A stretch of DNA of 32,000 nucleotides from Caldivirga maquilingensis IC-167 (GCF_000018305.1 NC_009954.1:450001-482000); one strand, 5' to 3'. Positions 8,114 through 16,455 are shown, counted from the first letter of the stretch. Notes: generated by a model from the sequence alone, not told the origin. Program-made: numbers and translations.

Positions 8114-8187
8114 TAATTCTTAGAGCTTTTAAACATAATACTCATAGTCAGGTTTTTAAGGTAAGGGATTAAAATACTGTAATACTA
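8114..8187. promoter_or_regulatory. divergent promoter region of the pilus assembly genes
   Basis: 74-bp AT-rich spacer with TATA-like 'cttttaaaca' (8126-8135), 'ggtttttaagg' (8151-8161) and 'gattaaaatact' (8168-8179). Confidence 0.4.
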
Positions 8188-9666
8188 GTGAACTTAATGC
8201 ACGTTACTGATTACGCTGCATTAGATGGATTAGTCCAAGTATCGATACTAATGAGTAGGGATGGCCAATACATTTACTGGGTTGAGGAACCTAAGTTAAG
8301 TAAGGAGGAGGAGAAGCTACTCCTAAGGATTAGGGATGAGTTAGTGAGGTTAATGAGCGCTAAGAATGCGCCATCAATATACGATTACGGTAATGTTAAG
8401 GAGTACGTTAAGGGTATTGCTGAATCATTAATTAGGCGTTACGCACCCGGTATTAGCACTGAGGGGGTTAGGAGAATAATGTACTACATATTGAAGAACA
8501 CTGTTGGCTTCGGTTCCATTGAGCCTCTTGTTAATGATCCTAGGGTTGAGGATATTCACATTAATGGCCCAGATAGGAGTGTTTACGTGTGGCATAATAG
8601 GTATGGTCATATTAAGACTAATATAAGCATCAGTGATGATGAGTTAAACAGGTTAGTGACCCTCCTCTCCCAGAGGATAAGGAGGAACCCCAGTTCAGCG
8701 TCACCAATACTTGAGGGACTTCTAATACCTGAGAACCTAAGGGTTGAGATACTGCTTAGGGATGTTGCCTCAATAGGCCCAGTGATTACTATTAGGAAGT
8801 TTAGGGAAGCGCCTTTAACCGTAGTGGAGATGATTAAGCTAGGTACCTTAAGCAGTAGGCTGGCTGCCTACCTATGGTTCATGCTTGACCACGGAGTCAG
8901 CATACTCATAATAGGACCCACTGGCGCAGGGAAGACCACACTACTTAATGCACTACTCTTCCTCGTCAGGAATGGGCTCAGGATAATTACAATTGAGGAT
9001 GCTAGGGAATTATATCTGCTTCACGACCACTGGGTGCCCCTGGTGGCTAGGACCTCTGAGGCTCCCGGTGTAGCTAATGTTGATCTGTATGAATTGGTTA
9101 AGGTATCCATGAGGCTTAGGCCCGATTACATTGTTGTTGGTGAATTAAGGGGTGAGGAATCATACGTCTTCTTCCAGGCATTGGCAAGTGGGCACACTGG
9201 ATTATCCACACTTCACGCCTACTCAGCTGAAATGGCGATTAGGAGACTGTTGTCTAAACCCATGGAAATACCTGCAACACTATTAACGTCACTGGGCGTT
9301 ATTGTGCAGATAAGCGTCGTGGCTAAGAATGATGAGATAACCAGGAGGGTTACTAGGGTTGAGGAGGTTATTGATGTTCAGGAGGATAGACCTGTGCTTA
9401 ACAGGGTTTTTGAATGGAGGAGGAGTGATGATAGTATAGTTAATGCGAATGATTCAGTACTAGTGAGTAGGATTATTGAGAACCACGCCCTACAACCTGA
9501 TGAGGTTAAGGCTGAGTTGGATAGGAGGGAGAAATTCATATCACTCATGGTTAAGAACAACATAACATCCCCCAGCAGTGTCTTTGAAATAATAAATAAG
9601 TACTACATGAACCCTGAGGAGGCCTTCAATGAGTTGAATAAAGGCAAGACCAGTGAGGGTAAGTGA
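8188..9666 (+). CDS. type II/IV secretion system ATPase (T2SS-E, FlaI/TadA/VirB11-like) for pilus assembly
   Basis: Walker A 'IIGPTGAGKTTLLNAL', Asp box 'ITIEDAREL', Walker B 'DYIVVGELRGEE' and His box 'GHTGLSTLHA'. GTG start at 8188 (ATG at 8197 is an alternative). Confidence 0.92.
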   Translation: MNLMHVTDYAALDGLVQVSILMSRDGQYIYWVEEPKLSKEEEKLLLRIRDELVRLMSAKNAPSIYDYGNVKEYVKGIAESLIRRYAPGISTEGVRRIMYYILKNTVGFGSIEPLVNDPRVEDIHINGPDRSVYVWHNRYGHIKTNISISDDELNRLVTLLSQRIRRNPSSASPILEGLLIPENLRVEILLRDVASIGPVITIRKFREAPLTVVEMIKLGTLSSRLAAYLWFMLDHGVSILIIGPTGAGKTTLLNALLFLVRNGLRIITIEDARELYLLHDHWVPLVARTSEAPGVANVDLYELVKVSMRLRPDYIVVGELRGEESYVFFQALASGHTGLSTLHAYSAEMAIRRLLSKPMEIPATLLTSLGVIVQISVVAKNDEITRRVTRVEEVIDVQEDRPVLNRVFEWRRSDDSIVNANDSVLVSRIIENHALQPDEVKAELDRREKFISLMVKNNITSPSSVFEIINKYYMNPEEAFNELNKGKTSEGK

Positions 9667-10478
9667 GGGTCAGTAACTTCATTACAGTACTTAGGAATTG
9701 GCTTGATTCATATTCACGCCAAGTCAGCGTTAAGAGCGGGTATACGATATCATCTGAGTTAATTAAGGTTAGTATGCTTTACCTATTCACCCAGGCAGTT
9801 GCATCACTTGCCTTAGCCATTATTCTAGTTAAACTGGGGCCTAGGATTTCACTACTCTTTATCCTGATCTCAGCATTATCATTAACGGCGATAGGGATGA
9901 TTAACGCCTACATCGTGATTATGCTTAGGTCAAGAGCCAGGAAATTCGAGAAGTCGATGACCACAATACTGCTAACCATGATACCTTTAATGGCCAGTGG
10001 GGAACCATTAGTTAACGTATTCAATTACCTAGCTTTAATTAAAATTGAGCCTGAGGTTAATGAGGAATTCAGGAGACTGGTGAGCGAGGCTTACAGCGGC
10101 TTCGACATAGTGAGCGCAATTAAGAGGAGTATTGAAAGGGTTCCATCCAGGGTGTATAATGATGTAATGAGCATACTTGTTGAATCATATGGGGTAAGTG
10201 GGAGTATAGCCGATGTGCTTGCGCTTAAGTTGGATTCAATAATAAGGAGGGAGCAGTCGACGTTTAAGTCAAGGACCCAGGCCTTATCACTAATGATGGA
10301 GGTTTACGTGGTTTCAGCTCAATTACTGCCAATACTACTCATAATACTAACCATATCACTGGCCCCATTGGGCTCCGTTCCAATAAACCCGGAGGCCCTA
10401 ATACTACTCATGTTCCTAATCTACGTACCAGCAATTGGCTCAGTCTTCTATATAATAATGAGTGGGTTACTGGATTAA
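9663..10478 (+). CDS. T2SS-F (TadB/FlaJ-half-like) pilus platform membrane protein, single domain
   Basis: GTG 9663 overlaps the ATPase stop TGA (9664-9666), giving a GTGA overlap. 'FEKSMTTILLTMIPLMASGEPLVNVFNYLA' and 'VMSILVESYGVSGSIADVLALKLDSI' sit between TM helices. Confidence 0.72.
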   Translation: MRVSNFITVLRNWLDSYSRQVSVKSGYTISSELIKVSMLYLFTQAVASLALAIILVKLGPRISLLFILISALSLTAIGMINAYIVIMLRSRARKFEKSMTTILLTMIPLMASGEPLVNVFNYLALIKIEPEVNEEFRRLVSEAYSGFDIVSAIKRSIERVPSRVYNDVMSILVESYGVSGSIADVLALKLDSIIRREQSTFKSRTQALSLMMEVYVVSAQLLPILLIILTISLAPLGSVPINPEALILLMFLIYVPAIGSVFYIIMSGLLD

Positions 10479-10615
10479 GAGGTAACTCACTAGAATTTAG
10501 CCGTAGTCTCAAGTATGGGGGCCTCTTAATGCCTCTACAGGCTCTTTAATACCCTTAACGCTAGTTTATTCAAGCTAAGTTCCCAGAACCACACCCTAGG
10601 TAGGTTGGGGACGGT

Positions 10616-10629
10616 AAAGCATAAATACT
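10616..10629 (+). promoter_or_regulatory. TATA-like box upstream of nuoA
   Basis: 'aaagcataaatact' is centred about 25 nt upstream of the ATG at 10649. Confidence 0.4.
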
Positions 10630-10648
10630 AAGCCTAATAGCCATTAAT

Positions 10649-11053
10649 ATGGCCTACTGGGGTGTATTGGCTGCGGTGCTTTTCCTAGTATTCATAGGGC
10701 TTGTAGTGGATAGGTTAATACTACTTATTAGGAGGATAATTAAAGTTAAGGTAACGAACCCTGTTAAGGTCATGAGGTTTGAGGCTGGTAATGTACCTGT
10801 GGGGCCTGTTAAAAGCGCCTTACCAATGCAGTACGTTGGCTTCCTACTCATGTTCCTATCAGTGGAACCCATTACGGCGCTTCTACTAGCCTTATCAATA
10901 GCCTTCACGGGGCCCCTCAATACCGGTTACATAATGCTTTTCACAGCCTTCATAGTAACATACTCACCGTTAATCTACGTAGCCTACAGCGACGTAAAGT
11001 ACATGGCCTATGAAGTCCCCCGTAGAGTTATTTTGAGTGGAAACGCTGAATAG
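10649..11053 (+). CDS. nuoA: NADH:quinone oxidoreductase (complex I-like) subunit A
   Basis: Three-TM small protein with the NuoA signature region 'FEAGNVPVGPVKSALPMQYVGFLLMFLSVEP' (canonical Y/F-E-C/A-G). It lies directly upstream of nuoB. Confidence 0.85.
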   Translation: MAYWGVLAAVLFLVFIGLVVDRLILLIRRIIKVKVTNPVKVMRFEAGNVPVGPVKSALPMQYVGFLLMFLSVEPITALLLALSIAFTGPLNTGYIMLFTAFIVTYSPLIYVAYSDVKYMAYEVPRRVILSGNAE

Positions 11054-11096
11054 TAATTTTTAAAAACGTAACAAGTCCAATAGGTTGTGAGTAATT

Positions 11097-12221
11097 ATGG
11101 GTGATACAACTGTTAATACGTTGAAGATAACGTTAAAGTCCATTGGGATGGATATTAAGCTACTACCGGACTCATTGGCAAGCTGGGGTACTAAATTCTC
11201 AATATGGCCAGCCCACTTGGTTACCGCATGCTGTGGAGTGGAGTTCGCCCACGCATCAGCTCCAGGTTATGATGCGGAGAGGTGGGGGTTCCTGCCTATA
11301 TTTGGGCCTAGGCAGACAAACTCAATAGTAATAGAGGGTACTGTAACAAGGAAGATGGCTAGGATTGTTAAAACGGCTTACGAGCAGATGCCTTACCCCA
11401 AGTTCGTGATAGCCATGGGTTCATGCGCCATGGAGGGTGGGGTTTTCTGGAACTCATACCACGTTGTTAGGGTTAATGAGATTGTTCCGGTTGATGCATG
11501 GGTCATGGGTTGTCCACCAACCCCTGAGGCTGTTATTAGGGCTATTAGGATGGTTCAGAGTAAGATTGAGGGTAAGGAGGTTAAACCCAATATAAGGCCA
11601 AACCCAGTTGACTTATCTAAGGTGCTTAAACCCGATAAACCCCAAAGGCCACCTAACCCACCCCATAGGATTGAGTTTGAGTTGATTAAGGATATTAATG
11701 TCTGTAAGCCGGCTGCTAACGTTAAGTGGGAGCTTGGGCAGAAGCTTATTGATGGGTTTAAGGAGTCTCTTAAGGATGGTGTTAAGAATACTGCAGTGAG
11801 GGGTGTTAATGACTTATGTGTAATGTTGAGTAATCAGAATCACCTTAAGGATGCTGTATTATCAGCCTTTAAACTAGGCTTCGACCACGTTAAGTCAATT
11901 AACGTAATAGACCTCATAAACGCCGGTGTCTTTAGGATGGAGTACGTGCTTGGCTCATACTCAAGCAAGGAACTTCAACCAGTCCTACTAGCAATATACT
12001 TTGATGTACCTAGGGATGAGGCTAAGGTACCCTCAATAATTGATATCTACCCAGGCGCCGATTACCAGGAGAGGGAGCTCCACGACTTATTCGGTGTCTG
12101 GTTTGATGGAAACCCATGGATGGGTAATAATTTCCTCCTAGACCCAGACACACCTGTTAAGTACCCACTTAGGAAGGAGTATAGAATCCCCTCACTTAAG
12201 GGGGTTGTGGTGGAGAGGTGA
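11097..12221 (+). CDS. fused NuoB (PSST/20 kDa) - NuoC (30 kDa) subunit
   Basis: N-terminal half is NuoB with all four N2 [4Fe-4S] cysteines: 'TACCGVE' (C45, C46), 'MGSCAMEGG' (C110), 'GCPPTPEA' (C139). A Pro-rich linker follows at about residues 160-192 (nt 11574-11672). The C-terminal half is NuoC: 'YPGADYQERELHDLFGVWFDGNP'. Confidence 0.9.
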   Translation: MGDTTVNTLKITLKSIGMDIKLLPDSLASWGTKFSIWPAHLVTACCGVEFAHASAPGYDAERWGFLPIFGPRQTNSIVIEGTVTRKMARIVKTAYEQMPYPKFVIAMGSCAMEGGVFWNSYHVVRVNEIVPVDAWVMGCPPTPEAVIRAIRMVQSKIEGKEVKPNIRPNPVDLSKVLKPDKPQRPPNPPHRIEFELIKDINVCKPAANVKWELGQKLIDGFKESLKDGVKNTAVRGVNDLCVMLSNQNHLKDAVLSAFKLGFDHVKSINVIDLINAGVFRMEYVLGSYSSKELQPVLLAIYFDVPRDEAKVPSIIDIYPGADYQERELHDLFGVWFDGNPWMGNNFLLDPDTPVKYPLRKEYRIPSLKGVVVER

Positions 12222-13492
12222 TTAATGTGACTGAGCGTGAAGTCTCAATTAACGTACCCGTGGAGGTGCCTGCTGAGGTTAAGTCACTCTTCCTACCCAT
12301 CCCCAAGAACATGGTTGAGGAGGCTTATAAGTCTGATGAGTACCTAGTCCTCATTGGCCCAGCCCACCCGGGTAGTGGGCATATGAGGATTATCCTAAGG
12401 TTGAAGGGTGATTATATTGTTGAGGCAGTACCAGACCCAGGTTACGTGCATAGATCCGTGGAGAAGCTTGCTGAGACGAGGCTCTTCGTGCATAATATAC
12501 CGCTTGTGGAACGCCCCACAATAGCTGAGTCATCAATAATGGATCACGGTTACGTTAGGGCCATTGAAGAATTAGGCCAACTAGATGTACCTCCAAGAGC
12601 CCAGTACCTGAGGGTCATCATGGATGAGTTAAGTAGGATAGGTGACCACCTCTATGATACAGGAATACTAGCAGTATTCCTTGGCCACTCCACAGGATAC
12701 ATGTGGGGTTTCGGGCTGAGGGAACTCATAGTAGACGCCTTAGCCAGGATGACTGGAGCCAGGATAACAGTATCCTTCGTAATACCCAGTGGCGTAAGGT
12801 GGGATGTTCACCCAGATGTCTTAAGGTACATCTACAATATGACCTTCTTCATTGAGAAGAAGATTGATGAACTAGGCACAATATTCACCAAGAACCCAGT
12901 CACAGTAAGCAGGATGAAGGACGTGGGTGTTTTAACCAAGGACCAGTGCATTAAACTAGGCGCCGTTGGCCCATTCCTAAGGGCCTGCGGTGTTGAATAT
13001 GATAATAGGAGAGCAAGACCATACGCCGTTTATGATCAATTAGAGTGGGAGATACCTGTGGCTGATGAAGGTGACGCATACTCAAGGTTCCTAGTTAGGG
13101 TTGAGGAGATTAGGCAGAGTCTTAACATAATAAGGCAGGCTGTTAAGAATATTCCTGAAGGACCCGTGATTGGTAATAAGTTAATGACCAGGGTACCACC
13201 TAAGGAAAGGGAGAAGGTTGCTAAGGACATTAGGAATTACTTATTCAGGCTATTAATAGGCTTAACGCTACCTGAGGGTGAGGCCACCACGTTAACTGAG
13301 GCCGCCAGAGGGACTTTACTCTATTCCCTTGTGAGTGATGGGAAGTCCAATGTACCCTATAGGCTTAGGATGATTACACCATCCTGGTATAACCTTAAGC
13401 CATTCATGGAAAGCCTAAGGGGGTATAGGTTAATGGATCTACCAGCCATATACGGTTCATGGGGCTACTTCCCACCTGAGGCTGATAGGTAA
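12218..13492 (+). CDS. nuoD: NuoD-like (49 kDa / Nqo4-type) subunit, atypical quinone-site motif
   Basis: GTG 12218 overlaps the nuoBC stop (GTGA). Motifs: 'GPAHPGSGHMRI', 'GYVHRSVEKLAE', 'VPPRAQYLRVIMDELSRIGDHL', C-terminal 'PEADR'. There are no hydrogenase-type CxxC Ni-Fe ligand pairs. Confidence 0.88.
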   Translation: MINVTEREVSINVPVEVPAEVKSLFLPIPKNMVEEAYKSDEYLVLIGPAHPGSGHMRIILRLKGDYIVEAVPDPGYVHRSVEKLAETRLFVHNIPLVERPTIAESSIMDHGYVRAIEELGQLDVPPRAQYLRVIMDELSRIGDHLYDTGILAVFLGHSTGYMWGFGLRELIVDALARMTGARITVSFVIPSGVRWDVHPDVLRYIYNMTFFIEKKIDELGTIFTKNPVTVSRMKDVGVLTKDQCIKLGAVGPFLRACGVEYDNRRARPYAVYDQLEWEIPVADEGDAYSRFLVRVEEIRQSLNIIRQAVKNIPEGPVIGNKLMTRVPPKEREKVAKDIRNYLFRLLIGLTLPEGEATTLTEAARGTLLYSLVSDGKSNVPYRLRMITPSWYNLKPFMESLRGYRLMDLPAIYGSWGYFPPEADR

Positions 13493-13535
13493 CGTTAAAC
13501 TAAGGGTTCTTAATTCCCCTCATAGTGTGGAAACA

Positions 13536-13544
13536 CTTTAAAGG
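13536..13544 (+). promoter_or_regulatory. TATA-like box upstream of ndk
   Basis: 'ctttaaagg' is centred about 25 nt upstream of the ATG at 13565. The same CTTTAAAG core recurs at 18223-18230. Confidence 0.4.
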
Positions 13545-13564
13545 GGTATGTATAATTGGTGCTT

Positions 13565-14119
13565 ATGGCCATTGAGAGGACGCTCGTAATAGTTAAACCT
13601 GATGGTGTAAGGAAAGGGTTAGTGGGTGAGGTTATTTCAAGGCTTGAAAGAGTTGGCTTAAAGATTGTAGCCATGAAGATGACTTGGGCAAGTAGGGATA
13701 AGATTGAGGGATTTTACCCAAGTAGTATTGACTGGTTTAGGAGCGTTGGTAATAAGACGCTTAATAGTTATAGGGAGATGGGTATTGACGCCAAGGCTGA
13801 GTTGGGTACTGATGACCCTGTGGAGATTGGTAAATTAGTTAAGAAGTGGCTGGTGGATTACATGACTGAATCACCCATAGTCCTAATGGTTGTTGAGGGT
13901 AATCACGCTGTTGAGGTTGTTAGGAAGCTTGTGGGTAATACACTACCATATAAGGCGGAACCAGGGACAATTAGGGGTGATTACTCAGTGGATAGCCCTG
14001 ACTTGGCTAATAGGGAGAAGAGGGCTATAAGAAACATCGTACACGCCAGCGATAGCCCAGAGGAAGCTAGGAGGGAGATAGGCCACTGGTTTAGGGAGGA
14101 TGAAATATACAACTATTAA
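13565..14119 (+). CDS. ndk: nucleoside diphosphate kinase (with lineage-specific insertions)
   Basis: 'ERTLVIVKPDGV', 'GLVGEVISRLE', 'EPGTIRGDY' and catalytic-His region 'RNIVHASDSPEEARREIGHWF'. The track start TTG 13556 is upstream in frame; ATG 13565 fits the promoter spacing better. Confidence 0.95.
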   Translation: MAIERTLVIVKPDGVRKGLVGEVISRLERVGLKIVAMKMTWASRDKIEGFYPSSIDWFRSVGNKTLNSYREMGIDAKAELGTDDPVEIGKLVKKWLVDYMTESPIVLMVVEGNHAVEVVRKLVGNTLPYKAEPGTIRGDYSVDSPDLANREKRAIRNIVHASDSPEEARREIGHWFREDEIYNY

Positions 14120-14232
14120 CCACATGAGTAAAATGAAATCGCACCCCTCATAATCCCTTTAAAACAACATAAAATAGATTAAAGCGCAGAAAGGGAAAAA
14201 GAACCCTATAGGAGGTGTTTACAGTTAAGTAA

Positions 14233-15213
14233 TTACCTATGCCCAAAAACCGGCTTAGGCTTATATGGTTCCTCAAGGTACTTTACCTCATCGTCAGTTA
14301 ACTTAATACTAATAGCATTCACAGCTTCTTCCACGTGCTCCGGCTTAGTGGTTCCTATTATTGGTGCTGTAACACCCTTATGCAGTAGCCATGCGTACGC
14401 TATTTGCGTTGGCGTCGCTCCCTTATTATTAGCAACCTCAATAACCCTCCTCAGTATCTCAGCGTTCTCAGGGGGTTCCACGTAAATCCTATAATCACCA
14501 CTACCTGGCCTAACCCTAGTCTCGGTTTCAGGCACAATTATCTTACCATCCTTATAGTACTTACCTGACAGTATACCAGCTGCAGTTGGGCTCCATGGTA
14601 TTATACCGATTCCATGAGCCTTGCAGAATGGTATCATTTCCCTCTCCTCCTCCCTGTAGAGTAGATTGTAGACGTTTTGCATACTTACGAACTTCTCGTA
14701 TCCTTTCATTTCTGCTGTGTATATCATTTTTGCGAATTGCCATGTCCACATGCTTGATGCCCCAATGTACCTTACTAATCCTTGGTGTACTAGGTCTGTT
14801 AATGTGGATAAAGTCTCCTCAATGGGTGTATCGTAATCAAACCTATGAATCTGGTAGAGATCAATGTAACCAGTATTCAACCTCCTCAAAGACTCCCTAA
14901 CCTGCCACATAATATGCTTCCTAGACAAACCCCTAGCATTAGGGCCATTACCCATTTGCCCAAAAACCTTAGTGGCGATAACCACATCCTCCCTCATACC
15001 CTTAACCAATTCACCAACAATCTCCTCACTCCTACCCCTCGAATAAACATTTGCAGTATCAATGCAATTAATACCAAGGTCCCAGGCCTTCTTCCAAACC
15101 TTCCTAGCATCCTCAAGCTCAACCATCCATGGTGCTGTATTACCGAATTGCATGGCACCAAGGCATATTCTTGATATTTTCAAACCCGAATTACCTAAGT
15201 TAACGTACTCCAT
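14233..15213 (-). CDS. aldo/keto reductase family oxidoreductase
   Basis: 'LGNSGLKISRICLGAMQFG'. Catalytic tetrad context: 'IDTANVYSRGRSEE' (D, Y), 'VIATKV' (K), 'IDLYQIHRFD' (H). 326 aa. Confidence 0.92.
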   Translation of the reverse strand: MEYVNLGNSGLKISRICLGAMQFGNTAPWMVELEDARKVWKKAWDLGINCIDTANVYSRGRSEEIVGELVKGMREDVVIATKVFGQMGNGPNARGLSRKHIMWQVRESLRRLNTGYIDLYQIHRFDYDTPIEETLSTLTDLVHQGLVRYIGASSMWTWQFAKMIYTAEMKGYEKFVSMQNVYNLLYREEEREMIPFCKAHGIGIIPWSPTAAGILSGKYYKDGKIIVPETETRVRPGSGDYRIYVEPPENAEILRRVIEVANNKGATPTQIAYAWLLHKGVTAPIIGTTKPEHVEEAVNAISIKLTDDEVKYLEEPYKPKPVFGHR

Positions 15214-15321
15214 ACTAATTCTAAAAGGGTTGATTAAACCAGTTTATAAAAGTTGCCCATTAATTAGATTTAATGAGGTAATACTTATAAGTAGTGTTTA
15301 ATTCAAGCCTTTAGATCAATT

Positions 15322-16455
15322 ATGTCTACAGTATCCACCTCCACTGGGTCTCAGATTGTGAAGGTCGGTTTCGTGGGTTGTGGTGGTATTGTTCAGGGTG
15401 CTCATGCGCCTAGCCTGGCTCAATTACCTAATGTTAAGCTTGTGGCCTGTGCCGATGTTGATAAGGCCCGTGTTGCTGAATTCCTCGAGAAGTATAAACT
15501 CAACTTCTACACGGATTACAAGGAGATGCTTACCAAGGAGACCCCTGATGCAGTAATCATTGCAACACCCAATGCCCTACATGCTCCAGTGGCCATTGAT
15601 GCCTTGGAGAGTGGGGCTCATGTGTTGACTGAGAAACCCATGGCTATTAGTGTTGATGAAGCTGTTAAGATGGTGGAGACTGCTAGGAGGAGGCAGAGGG
15701 TGCTTATGGTTGGGCATCACATGAGGTTTGAGAGGAGTATTCAGGTTGGTAGGAAGTTCGTGACTAATGGTAGGTTGGGTAAAATATACCACATTAGAGC
15801 CCTCCACCTTAGGAGGAGGGGTATTCCATCAACCGTAACCTTCCTTCAGAGGAAGTACTCCGGTGGTGGGCCTATGTGGGATATTGGTGTTCACACAATT
15901 GATGCAACAATGTTTATGACTAATTTCCCAAGGCCAGTATCCGTGGTTGGTAAGGTTTACTCAGCCTTCTCCGATAAGGCATACATGAGGATGAATTACC
16001 CAGTTCCAGTGACTTCGCAATTCGCCTATACGGCGCCCATGGATGTTGAGGACTTCGCAATGGGGCTTATTAAGTTTGAGGGTGATTTAACAATGTACAT
16101 TGAGGCCACTTGGGCAACTTACATTAAGGAGGATAAACATGAGGTAGCAATAATAGGTACTGAGGGTGGTGTTCATTATGAGGGTGGTTCATTAAGCTAC
16201 ATTCATAGTATTGATGAAGAGTTCATAACATCAACACCCCTAATAGGTCAACAGCAGTCCGCCTATGCCCAGGAGGATAGGGCATTCATTGATGCCATAG
16301 TTAAGGGTGCTGTTAAGGCTCCCTACCCAGCGTGCACTGGTGAGCAGGGTGTGTTGGATGTAGCTATCATTGAGACTATTTACAAGTCCGCTGAGAGCGG
16401 TAGGGAGGAGGCTGTTAATATTCCTAAGTCAATCATTGATTCAATGGGGTGGTGA
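15322..16455 (+). CDS. Gfo/Idh/MocA family NAD(P)-dependent sugar/cyclitol oxidoreductase (copy 1)
   Basis: Rossmann N-terminus 'VKVGFVGCGGIVQGAH', 'DAVIIATPNALHAPVAIDALESGAHVLTEKPMA' (EKP motif), 'GHHMRF'. Confidence 0.9.
   Translation: MSTVSTSTGSQIVKVGFVGCGGIVQGAHAPSLAQLPNVKLVACADVDKARVAEFLEKYKLNFYTDYKEMLTKETPDAVIIATPNALHAPVAIDALESGAHVLTEKPMAISVDEAVKMVETARRRQRVLMVGHHMRFERSIQVGRKFVTNGRLGKIYHIRALHLRRRGIPSTVTFLQRKYSGGGPMWDIGVHTIDATMFMTNFPRPVSVVGKVYSAFSDKAYMRMNYPVPVTSQFAYTAPMDVEDFAMGLIKFEGDLTMYIEATWATYIKEDKHEVAIIGTEGGVHYEGGSLSYIHSIDEEFITSTPLIGQQQSAYAQEDRAFIDAIVKGAVKAPYPACTGEQGVLDVAIIETIYKSAESGREEAVNIPKSIIDSMGW

Noticed and set aside
11143-11328. 61-aa + strand ORF in an alternative frame inside nuoB (a similar same-strand alternative-frame ORF lies at 16474-16659 inside TIM-barrel gene 1)
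   Set aside because: It is embedded in the conserved NuoB coding frame, and its translation is Gly/Arg/Trp-rich nonsense.
14561-15301. Four overlapping short ORFs in alternative frames or strands across the aldo/keto reductase gene
   Set aside because: The 326-aa minus-strand AKR ORF explains the region, with a complete catalytic tetrad. The alternatives are shadow ORFs.
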